This document shows positions 29,201 through 36,102 of a DNA stretch of 64,000 nt, in pieces (position 1 is the first letter of the stretch; each line of letters begins with the position of its first letter). The position numbers and the translations under genes are program-made. This DNA is from Acidimicrobiaceae bacterium (GTDB lineage: Bacteria; Actinomycetota; Acidimicrobiia; Acidimicrobiales; Bog-793): NCBI GenBank assembly GCA_003140595.1, contig PLKG01000156.1, positions 25,703 to 89,702 of the forward strand, read 5' to 3'. The notes below the pieces were generated by a model, which saw only the letters and a list, made by a program, of their open reading frames with translations, did no database searches and had not been told where the DNA came from.

Positions 29201-30284
29201 CCGTTACCTGGACTGCACGCGCTTTGCCAAAGAAGCGGCCCGGGATGCGACACGGGCAGGGCACCGTTCGGGGTTGGCCCACGCGCTCTACCTCGAGCAC
29301 ATGATGTCTGTCTACCTAGGTCAGCCGGAGGACGATCTCGCGACGCGGGCGCTCGCCATCTTCGAGGAGATCGGTGACCTCGTCGGGCGGGGCAACGTAC
29401 TTAACAATCTCGGCATCGGTGCGTACTACCGGGGGAAGTGGGTGCGATCGCTCGAGCACTATGAGGCAAGCCGCGAGGCGCGTGTTCGCTCGGGCGACGT
29501 CGTCGGAGCCGCGACGGAGGAGAACAACATCGCCGAGATCCTTTCCGATCAGGGCGACCTCGCAGGAGCGCGCCCACTTTTCGAGTCTGCGCTGACGACC
29601 TGGTTGGCGGCTCGCTACCGGGTGGGTGCCGCGCTCGCAACGTCGAACCTCGGCCGGCTAGAAGCGAGGGCGGGCAATGTCGCGCGCGGGCGCGCACTGC
29701 TCGAAGAAGCGCTGCGTGATTTTCGCGCAATCCGCTCGCCGGTCTTCATCGCCGAAACCGAGGTTCGACTCGACGAGTGTCTTGTGCTCGAGGGCGACTT
29801 TGCGTCGGCGATGGCTCGCGCGCGCGATCTTCTTATGGGCTTCCGGGGACGAGCAGGCTTCGAACAGGTCGAGCTGACGACGTTGCGTCTTCTCGGCACG
29901 GCGCGCGTTCTTGCCGAATTTGCTGATGGATCTGGCGCAGAGTCCAGCGAATGGAGCCAGGAGCTGGACGAAGCCGTCGCACGGGCGACCGCTCTCGAGG
30001 CCCCTTACGAGTTGGCCCTCTCCCTGACGGTCAGGTCAGAACTTGGCCTGCTGGTCGATCGCACTAGACCGTTGCGGGCCGAAGGCACCGCCGACCGGGC
30101 AGTCGTGGATCACGAGCACGCGGAGGCCATATTTGACAGCCTCGGCGTCGGTCAGGTTGTCATCACCCGGTCAAGCCCGGTGTCCGGTAGGCCCATCGTG
30201 AGAGACGTCCAGCTGACGGTGGAGACATCTCGGCTCGGGTTAGGGCTCGACACTTGGCCGCGTGCTTTGCCACGATCGCCATGA
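26250..30284 (+). CDS. Tandem class III nucleotide cyclase domains + P-loop NTPase + TPR protein (STAND-like)
   Basis: Cyclase-like segments: LLFVDVSGFTALTERL...KWGGDA and ATVAFVEFSGV...IGVNAGRVF...ITGDAVNLAARV...FKVKGK. Walker A is IIGAPGIGKSRL. The C-terminal ~500 aa is TPR-like. No C-terminal LuxR HTH was seen. The start is uncertain; the GTG at 26250 is the chosen candidate. Confidence 0.8.
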   Translation: MSLVDRVGPHGDQLRRDLRRNDRPGADSDGAESLASYVPRVALEWLADSPEATHRHLEGTLLFVDVSGFTALTERLAARGKVGAEEITDVIGSVFTEMLSVAACYGADLLKWGGDASLLFFSEPASPSRACRAAVLMSQMMSRIGRLRTSAGRVSLGVSIGAHSGGFDLYLIGGRHRELVVTGPAATVTARMETIAEAGEVIVSPDTARRLDRGVLGDRKLEGVSLSKVPEAEESPIRGLHDLVDIDVATLLPTETRARLLGGGEQAEHRQATVAFVEFSGVDALSGSQGAEAVTAHLDRLVCAAQEAAEHYGASFHGTDIGPDGGKMILLGGVPILRGNDAERVLRVAREIVLSHPASSPIELRIGVNAGRVFVFSHDVGLGHRRIFSITGDAVNLAARVMGQARPRQVLATAETLGRVRNPFETEPVPPFKVKGKTEPVVAVAVGAPRNDAATESSDSLPFVGRDIELDALLGRASAVAGGTGSVVEIIGAPGIGKSRLVSEAIDRWPLDTLRVACEQYGSATPYLAFRHVFRRLLGGASDAANDIVVAELRRVVAAFLPDLEPFLPLLADVVDVSVPATREVDELEPRFRRARLEHGAVRLMGLFISGPSALVLEDAQAMDEASASLLRRVIFETDALPLLVVLTRGPETPLDLPEGSDRLVIELEPLGEEVAIRLAGSGSGPVLAPPQVAAIVDRANGNPMFLRELLRAAGQAGSVEGLPESLEPLLATQIDLLSPSDRQVLRAAAVLGTHFSPGLLHELLEDGVIVDSTVWDRLGAYIAPTAVGRRFAHGLMRDAAYEGLSFKRRRELHARAAKAIETRMTAPDEGADLLSLHWLNAERYDQAWHYSRLAGDRARNLWANAEAATFYARALESASRLRTLPRSEVSTVAEALGDASELAGNYERSRHAYAEARRLVDGEVDRARLLRKIGVLHERLGHYRQALACYTRGRRLVTSANQAAWSERSELDLASAGICSRQGRYLDCTRFAKEAARDATRAGHRSGLAHALYLEHMMSVYLGQPEDDLATRALAIFEEIGDLVGRGNVLNNLGIGAYYRGKWVRSLEHYEASREARVRSGDVVGAATEENNIAEILSDQGDLAGARPLFESALTTWLAARYRVGAALATSNLGRLEARAGNVARGRALLEEALRDFRAIRSPVFIAETEVRLDECLVLEGDFASAMARARDLLMGFRGRAGFEQVELTTLRLLGTARVLAEFADGSGAESSEWSQELDEAVARATALEAPYELALSLTVRSELGLLVDRTRPLRAEGTADRAVVDHEHAEAIFDSLGVGQVVITRSSPVSGRPIVRDVQLTVETSRLGLGLDTWPRALPRSP

Positions 30285-30618
30285 CGGTCCGAAGCACACC
30301 GGTGAGCGGGGATGCTCGTCGGTTCCATGGCAACAGCCGGCGTGATCGCTCGGTTGACTGGCCGCCAAACCCTAGGCGTGGGTGGCCAGCGCGTCCCGAT
30401 TTACGCGATCGATCAGTTCGTCCCCGGCTAGTGCTAGTCGGTGGCTGCTCTCCGCTTCGACCCAGCGGATCGCACCAAGGCCGGCATCGACCTCGACACG
30501 GCACCTCCCGCAGTGCGGTGGGCGACCGGTAGGGCACAAGAGTCGGCGGCGTCCATCCTCGCGCGGGGCACGCCGTGTGAAGCCGTGATCGGAAGAGCCC
30601 TCGAACGTGAAATCTCCG

Positions 30619-30662
30619 GGAGCCCGAGATGGGATTCGAACCCATGACCTGCGCATTACGAG
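30619..30662 (-). repeat. attL: 44-bp copy of the 3' half of tRNA-Thr (anticodon loop to 3' end)
   Basis: GGAGCCCGAGATGGGATTCGAACCCATGACCTGCGCATTACGAG is identical to 37313-37356. The flanking bases differ on both sides. Confidence 0.95.
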
Positions 30663-30788
30663 GGCCTTCAAAGGCGTCTTCTTGGGTTCCGCCTGTTCGC
30701 AACGCGTCGCATAAGGGCAGGTCAACAGGGGTGAAGCTCGAGACGGTGGCGATCCGCTGCAACTCCCTGCGACGCCCGGAGACTCAAT

Positions 30789-30798
30789 TGTTGGGACA
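30789..30798 (+). promoter_or_regulatory. TGTTGGGACA motif, left-arm copy (candidate integrase arm-type site)
   Basis: The same 10-mer occurs twice near the right end (37237-37246 and 37249-37258). This copy is about 130 bp inside attL. Confidence 0.4.
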
Positions 30799-31074
30799 GA
30801 TTTTCTCTTTTCCGCGTCGATAGTGACACTCCGAGCGTCAGAACTAGCTCCGAAAGAGTACCCAGCCGCGGAAGAAGGTGAGGGCCTCCTTCTTGCTCCG
30901 CGTGAGGAGGGGATCGCGTCTACCGGGGCACCAAAGACGTCCGGAGGGAAGTATGAAGGCGGGATCGTCGGCCATCTCGTGCCACGATCGCAGGCGTCGA
31001 GGCTGGCCACCGGAATCCGGCGCTGGCGGTGGCACTCGGTTCTGTCCTTGTGCATGTTCATAGTATGTGGCATA

Positions 31075-31091
31075 TTCACAATCACTGTGAA
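31075..31091 (+). promoter_or_regulatory. Perfect inverted repeat TTCACA-atcac-TGTGAA just upstream of the RBS of the AbiEi-like gene (candidate operator)
   Basis: It lies in a conspicuously AT-rich patch (about 31050-31110) of an otherwise GC-rich window. It is followed by AAGGAA and the GTG start at 31105. Confidence 0.5.
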
Positions 31092-31104
31092 TAAGGAATC
31101 AGTA

Positions 31105-32142
31105 GTGAATATTGAGGGAGTGTTCGAGAAGGAGGCGTTGCGGGTCCTCCACGACATTCCCGAGGTCAGCGTGGTTGAAGCCCCGTCCGGTCGGCGACGG
31201 CCCGACGTTGTGGTCCGTGCTGGCGGCGTCACCTGCTTAGTGGAGCTGAAGACGCAGCCGCATACCAACGCGGCCGCCGCGCGGCAGCTCGCCGAGCATG
31301 CACGGCAGCTCGCCGAGGACACCTGGCTGCTGCTGGTCGCCCGGACCACAACGGCGGAAGCTCGGCAAATCCTTGAGGACGCAGGCGTGGCCGTCATCGA
31401 CGGCTTGGGGAACATGAACGTGCAGCTCCCCGGAATGTTTCTCCGGACTGAGGGGCAGCGGGAAGGTCCTCCACGTCACGCTGCCCAGACGCCGGTGAGG
31501 CTCACGGGGAAGGCTGGAGTTGCGGTCCAGGCCCTGCTGCTCGCTCCGGAAAGGCTATGGGGAGTCCACGATCTGGCGGACGAAGCCGGAGTATCCGTGG
31601 GTTTGGCCCATCGCGTCCTCGACAGGCTCGAACGCGAAAACGTCGTTGCTGCCGAAGGTGTGGGACCGAAACGTGTTCGCCGGGTATCGGGCCGCACCGC
31701 GTTGTTGGACCTGTGGGCGGAAGAAATGCGCGATCGCGGGGCAAAACAAATCAGGGCTTTCCGGTTGGCGCGCGATCCACGCACGCTCACAGCCGCGCTC
31801 AGCCATGCGCTGACGGACGCCGGTGTCGAGCATGCTGTGACAGGTGCGGCTGCTGCTGCTGCTCTGGCGCCGTTCGTGACGGCGATTCCTGTCATGGAGC
31901 TTTGGGTGAGTGAGACGGTCGCACTCCAGGAAGCCGCGCTCGCGGCCGGAGCAGAGGTTGTCGAGGAAGGTCATAACGTGGTTTTCGCTCAAGCCCGAGA
32001 CGACGTACCGCTGGTATATCGCCGGAAGGTAGATGACTTCTGGAGTGTCAATTTGTTCCGGCTCTTCTACGACCTCCGTCGTGATCCGCGCCGTGGTCGT
32101 GAGCAGGCGCAACGGCTGCGCGAGGAGGTGATCGGATTTTGA
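31105..32142 (+). CDS. AbiEi-like wHTH protein with an N-terminal PD-(D/E)xK-like module
   Basis: The GTG at 31105 follows an AAGGAA RBS and is in frame with the 30823 ORF. The N-terminus has PDVVV-x12-ELK. The centre is wHTH-like (VHDLADEAGVSVGLAHRVLDRLERENVV). There is a C-terminal domain of about 170 aa. A 4-nt overlap (TTGA) couples it to the downstream nucleotidyltransferase gene. Confidence 0.55.
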   Translation: MNIEGVFEKEALRVLHDIPEVSVVEAPSGRRRPDVVVRAGGVTCLVELKTQPHTNAAAARQLAEHARQLAEDTWLLLVARTTTAEARQILEDAGVAVIDGLGNMNVQLPGMFLRTEGQREGPPRHAAQTPVRLTGKAGVAVQALLLAPERLWGVHDLADEAGVSVGLAHRVLDRLERENVVAAEGVGPKRVRRVSGRTALLDLWAEEMRDRGAKQIRAFRLARDPRTLTAALSHALTDAGVEHAVTGAAAAAALAPFVTAIPVMELWVSETVALQEAALAAGAEVVEEGHNVVFAQARDDVPLVYRRKVDDFWSVNLFRLFYDLRRDPRRGREQAQRLREEVIGF

Positions 32143-32996
32143 GACGCGACCACCAAAGCGCATATGACGACGTCACGACCGGACGGTGCGAGCGCGCGCT
32201 TGTCACGCTTCTAGGCGACATTGGCCCGTGGGGTGAGCGCATCTACCTCGTGGGCGGGTTGGCGCCGCGGTACATCGTCGGAACGTTTCCGGGAGGAGTC
32301 GCGCCGCACGTTGGTACGACAGACGTGGACTTGGTGATCGGCCTTGCCCTCGGCGACGACAGTCCCGAGACGTATCGCACGCTCGCCAACAATCTGAAGA
32401 CGAGCGGTTTCACGGCGGAGATGAGCTTTCGGTGGAAGCGCAGCGTGGATGGTGTGGCGGTCACCGTTGAGTTTCTCTGCGAGACCGACGAGGTGGAGCC
32501 AGGAAAGATCTTTAGGCCCAGAGCGGATGCCGGCTCTGCCTTGGGTGCATTCAACGTGCGCGGCGCGCAGTTAGTGACGCGGGACTACCTGTCCCGCGCG
32601 GTCGAAGCTGACCGTCTCGACGGAGGTGGACTGTCACGAGTCGACGTTCGTGTCGCGAACATCCTCTCGTACACCGTTCTGAAGATCCTGGCTTTTCAGG
32701 ACCGGCACGAGAACAAGGACGCGTACGATCTCGTGTACTGCCTCTTGAACTTCGGTGATGGACCCGAAGATGCGGGGCGCAGCGCGTCGGTGAGCCCCAT
32801 TCGAGATGAACCGCAGGTGCACGACGCGATGGGGCTGCTCGGCGAGCGGTTCGCTGCGGTGACACACGACGGCCCCATCGCGTACGGCGCGTTCCTGGCG
32901 GGGATAGACGACGAGGAAGGAGCGGCGAGGCTGCGGCAGGAGGCGGTGGCTGTTGTGCGGGAATTCCTGCGCGGGCTTGCTGGCGCAACTCCGTAA
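32139..32996 (+). CDS. AbiEii-like nucleotidyltransferase (DUF1814-type toxin fold)
   Basis: 285 aa with motifs YLVGGLA (hGG), GTTDVDLVI (xDxD) and KILAFQDRHENKDAYDLVY (K..A..R...D.YDL). It is translationally coupled to the upstream wHTH gene. Confidence 0.65.
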   Translation: MRRDHQSAYDDVTTGRCERALVTLLGDIGPWGERIYLVGGLAPRYIVGTFPGGVAPHVGTTDVDLVIGLALGDDSPETYRTLANNLKTSGFTAEMSFRWKRSVDGVAVTVEFLCETDEVEPGKIFRPRADAGSALGAFNVRGAQLVTRDYLSRAVEADRLDGGGLSRVDVRVANILSYTVLKILAFQDRHENKDAYDLVYCLLNFGDGPEDAGRSASVSPIRDEPQVHDAMGLLGERFAAVTHDGPIAYGAFLAGIDDEEGAARLRQEAVAVVREFLRGLAGATP

Positions 32997-33022
32997 AAGC
33001 GGCCAAACACTATCGCCGGGTT

Positions 33023-33397
33023 GTGGGGCTGCGGCGCGACAATGGCATCGCGCGGGGGTATCTGGCGATCTCGTTGGCCCGCGCTGGTCGGTGCGACGCG
33101 GCGCTGGTGGAGGCTGCGTTGGCGTTAGGGAGGTATCGCGACATCCCCGAGGTGCGTCTTGATGTCGGACTCGTCCTGCTCATCTGCGGGAATCCGGCCG
33201 CGGCGTTGGAGCAGTTCGACTTGGCCGTGGCGATCTGATCAGAGTGGGCCGAGGCACATGCGCAACGCGGCGCCGCGCTGGCCGAGCTTGGACGACTAAA
33301 GGATGCCGCCGCGGCCCCGAAAACGGCGCTGTCGTTCGATCCGGAGCACGAGGGAGCGCGTGCGGATCTGAAAACGATCCGCTCCGCGACCGGGTGA
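33023..33397 (+). pseudogene. Small TPR-repeat ORF interrupted by an in-frame TGA at 33236-33238
   Basis: Both halves are in the same frame: ...GNPAAALEQFDLAVAI * SEWAEAHAQRGAALAELGRLKDAAAAPKTALSFDPEHEGA.... The stop falls where TPR proteins usually read A[IL].LDP. Confidence 0.55.
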
Positions 33398-33566
33398 GGC
33401 GACCCATTTCGCAGCGTCGACACGCCCAGATTGCCCGCCCTCAAGACAGGGAGAGCCGGTGACGGCTCTGTCGGAAGTTGAGCGCGTTCAACTCAACTGC
33501 AACGGTGGAGAAGCCCCTTATTGGTCAAGTGCCAAGGGTGTGTGGTCCAGAAGCTTGGTTGTGAAG

Positions 33567-33695
33567 GAGGTGGTGATCGCGGAGATGGTGATCGCGGAGG
33601 TGGTTCGTGAAGCCGGTGGTCGGTGACGCGGTGGTCGGTAGAGGCGGTGGTTGATGGGGGAGGCGGTTGACGAAGGAGTTAGTGATGAAGGCAGG
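33567..33695 (+). repeat. Degenerate array of about 8 direct repeats, 15-16 bp each (GGTGGT-rich, each with TGA/TAG)
   Basis: Units: gaggtggtgatcgcg, gagatggtgatcgcg, gaggtggttcgtgaagcc, ggtggtcggtgacgc, ggtggtcggtagaggc, ggtggttgatggggg, aggcggttgacgaagg, agttagtgatgaagg. The array is intergenic, upstream of the BNR-repeat gene. Confidence 0.6.
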
Positions 33696-33739
33696 TGGCC
33701 GCGTACGACTGGACTCTTGTTAGGAGTACAACTCAGCCG

Positions 33740-34969
33740 ATGGCAGCAGTGCGTTCCTATCAACTCCAGAGGATGGTGAGGTTGCTCGGACGTGTGCTGC
33801 CGGGCATCGCAGTCCTGGCATTGTTCCTTTACGTTCCTGCGGTGCCGGTTAGCGCCGCACCGGGGACGTCCGAGTCCGGTTGGGTTGGCCTGGCATTTGC
33901 AACAGACCGGCTCGGAGCAGTCCTTGAGAGCACCGGCTCGTCCGCCGGAGGTAGCTGCGTGCTGTCGCTCTACACGACCGTCGACGGTGGGACCCACTGG
34001 TCACTACCGATCGTCTTCGACCGCCACGCGGGCTGTCTTGAAGCGAATCTGACCGGTCATTCCATGGTCGTGACATCGGCGGGCACGTGGTGGGTGGCGA
34101 CGACGCAGGGTCTCTACCGAGGGTCATTTCGCAGTTCCAACTTTGAGCTGTTGTCCGCCGCACAGCTCCCAGCGTCGGCAGGGACAACGCCAGCGTGCTC
34201 GGTGAGCGTCGCCGGTTCCTCGATCTGGGCGACGTTCGCAACCAACTGCGGTTTTGACGACGCGCCCGCAACGGTCCTGCGCTCGGGTAATGGGGGTGCG
34301 ACCTGGACCCGTGACGCCTCGTTCCCGTTGCGAACGCTTGCCGGACCGGCCCTCGACTACGGCGAGCCATTGAGCCTCGTGGCGACGGACACGGCGACCG
34401 CTTACGCCCTCGGCTGGCAGCGGCCCCGGGAAGGTGACAAGTGGCCTCCGCTGGTTCTCGCTCGCACGGAGGACGCGGGCAGGACGTGGCACACCACAAC
34501 CCTGCCTTGCCTGTGGGGGTACCGCCTTGCGGGTTTCCTCACGGTGTCGGGGCGGGAGGTGTCGGCCTTATGCCTGTCCGGCCCCTACACCGGTTACGAG
34601 CCGATGGAGGTCGTTACCTCTGACGACGGTGGCGTTACGTGGTCGGAGCGCTGTAACAACGGCCCAGTCGGTCTCATTACCCCGGTCGGTTCGTGCCCCC
34701 AAGGCGGATATCCGACCTCGCTCGTGTCGCCTACAAACCGCCTGCTCGAGATGGGCATCGCCTACGTCGGAGGTGTCGACGTCTCGACGGATGTCGGTCA
34801 CGTCTGGCGCCAGCGTGCCGTGATAGAGGAGTCGAGCTTCCTCCTCATCTCGGGCGACGGCCATGAAGTCTGGTTGCTCCCGAGTGGTCCCGTCGGGGCT
34901 GGCACGAAGATGGCCGTGTCCGCCGACGGGCGAACCTGGCGAGCGGTCCCGCTCCCGGCGATCAGCTGA
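33740..34969 (+). CDS. Secreted BNR/Asp-box repeat beta-propeller protein (sialidase/Ycf48-like fold)
   Basis: Signal peptide: LPGIAVLALFLYVPAVPVSAAPG. Five Asp-box-like motifs: TTVDGGTHWS, SGNGGATWT, TEDAGRTWH, SDDGGVTWS, SADGRTWR. The start could be 33740 or 33773. Confidence 0.7.
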   Translation: MAAVRSYQLQRMVRLLGRVLPGIAVLALFLYVPAVPVSAAPGTSESGWVGLAFATDRLGAVLESTGSSAGGSCVLSLYTTVDGGTHWSLPIVFDRHAGCLEANLTGHSMVVTSAGTWWVATTQGLYRGSFRSSNFELLSAAQLPASAGTTPACSVSVAGSSIWATFATNCGFDDAPATVLRSGNGGATWTRDASFPLRTLAGPALDYGEPLSLVATDTATAYALGWQRPREGDKWPPLVLARTEDAGRTWHTTTLPCLWGYRLAGFLTVSGREVSALCLSGPYTGYEPMEVVTSDDGGVTWSERCNNGPVGLITPVGSCPQGGYPTSLVSPTNRLLEMGIAYVGGVDVSTDVGHVWRQRAVIEESSFLLISGDGHEVWLLPSGPVGAGTKMAVSADGRTWRAVPLPAIS

Positions 34970-35227
34970 CGGTTCGCAATCCCACCGCCGGTGGATCCGA
35001 CCAGTGCCGCGATTCGCCCAGTTGGGAGCCGAAACGGGCAGTCGTGAGTTCCTAACCGCGGGGCTCTGTGACCGACGTTCGAGGAAGGAACTGAACGAAG
35101 ACACGGGCCGCTCTGCGAATCGGTGGCTGATCGACCGGCGTGCCGTCTGACTGACAAGTTCAGGTCCCCGAGCGCGTGAAACGAAGCCGCACCGCGTGAA
35201 GGTGACGTCCGGCGACTCAGAAGTGGT

Positions 35228-35503
35228 CTACGTCTCTCGCCGCAGTGCCTTGACCGAATCCGCCCGACGCTTGGCCCGCTGCGCGGACTGTTCGTACAGA
35301 CGAGAGGCGACCTGGTCGAGAGCGCCGGTCGAGAACGCCTTCCGGGCTTGTTCGAACTCGGTGACGAACTCAGGACTCTGGCGAAATGAGTGCCACGCGC
35401 GTTCCAAGAGCTCCGAGGCGTTGCACCCGAACAGGCGTGCGGCGGTATGGACCTCGTCGTGCACCGCTTCGGGGACTCGGACTGGGTTCGTTGCCATGGG
35501 CAT
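35228..35503 (-). CDS. Small RHH/CopG-like putative regulator
   Basis: 91 aa. The N-terminal VRVPEAVHDEVHTAARLFGCNASELLERAW fits a strand-helix-helix pattern. It is divergent from the xis-like gene, with a short GTTAC-gat-GTAAC inverted repeat just upstream. Confidence 0.4.
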   Translation of the reverse strand: MPMATNPVRVPEAVHDEVHTAARLFGCNASELLERAWHSFRQSPEFVTEFEQARKAFSTGALDQVASRLYEQSAQRAKRRADSVKALRRET

Positions 35504-35649
35504 CTCCTACCGTTACGATGTAACACTGTAGCGGCTATCGCGGACCCGGCAGCCCCAGCTGCTGTTGGGGAGTCTGGATAGCCTGGACGCGCCAGTGCCT
35601 CTTATGTAGAGGCGCGCGCACGGGCCGCCTCCGGAGGGAGGTGGAGACG

Positions 35650-36102
35650 ATGGATCTCGATGCTGGGCAGTTGGACTCCTCCCGCCGCGGTACCAAGGCT
35701 CGCGCCCCGGTCCGCGCCGGGAGCGAACTGTCCCCGACGGGGCGGCCGAGTGCTGTTCGACGGCGTTCGCCCTCCACGAACCGCTTGCTCACCATCTCAG
35801 AGGTGGCGGACCTCCTTGGCGTCCACCGGTCGACCCTTTATCGGACGATCGGGCGTGCGGGCCTGCCGCTGCCGATAGTCCGCGTCGGGGCCACGATGCG
35901 AGTTCCTCGGGTCGCCGTCGAGCGGATGCTGGGCGGCGAGCTGTCGACTCGGGCACCCGCGCCGCTGTTCGCCCCGCCAACCGTGAGCGGTCTCGTCGAG
36001 CCGGCTTACTACTGTTCCGGCTGCGGATCGCCCCTTCCGGTGAGCAAGCGACCGATGTGCTCTGCCGCTCGCCGGTCCTCCTCACCGACGGCGGCGGTGT
36101 AA
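35650..36102 (+). CDS. xis: Excisionase-type (MerR-like) HTH DNA-binding protein
   Basis: LLTISEVADLLGVHRSTLYRTIGRAGLPLPIVRVGATMRVPRVAVERML. A strong SD (GGAGGGAGG) lies about 9 nt upstream of the ATG at 35650. An alternative TTG at 35785 would give a shorter protein. The 3' end overlaps the integrase 3' end. Confidence 0.65.
   Translation: MDLDAGQLDSSRRGTKARAPVRAGSELSPTGRPSAVRRRSPSTNRLLTISEVADLLGVHRSTLYRTIGRAGLPLPIVRVGATMRVPRVAVERMLGGELSTRAPAPLFAPPTVSGLVEPAYYCSGCGSPLPVSKRPMCSAARRSSSPTAAV

Noticed and set aside
30823-31104. N-terminal 94-codon extension of the AbiEi-like ORF, as given in the ORF track.
   Set aside because: The extension runs through the AT-rich promoter-like patch and the palindrome. 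The GTG at 31105 has a good AAGGAA RBS, and the extension sequence is low-complexity.
30372-31415. 347-aa minus-strand ORF spanning attL and the AbiEi-like gene start. It includes a C-terminal Cys-containing segment (CPTGRPPHCGRC…) at 30372-30540 that could be a small host gene downstream of the original tRNA.
   Set aside because: The long ORF crosses the att repeat and the AT-rich promoter, so it cannot be one gene. The short 55-codon version would need a TTG start, and I could find neither an RBS nor a recognisable family.
33236-33238. In-frame TGA in the TPR ORF as a selenocysteine codon or programmed recoding site.
   Set aside because: I saw no SECIS-like hairpin immediately downstream, and there is no redox context. 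A nonsense mutation in decaying cargo is the simpler explanation.
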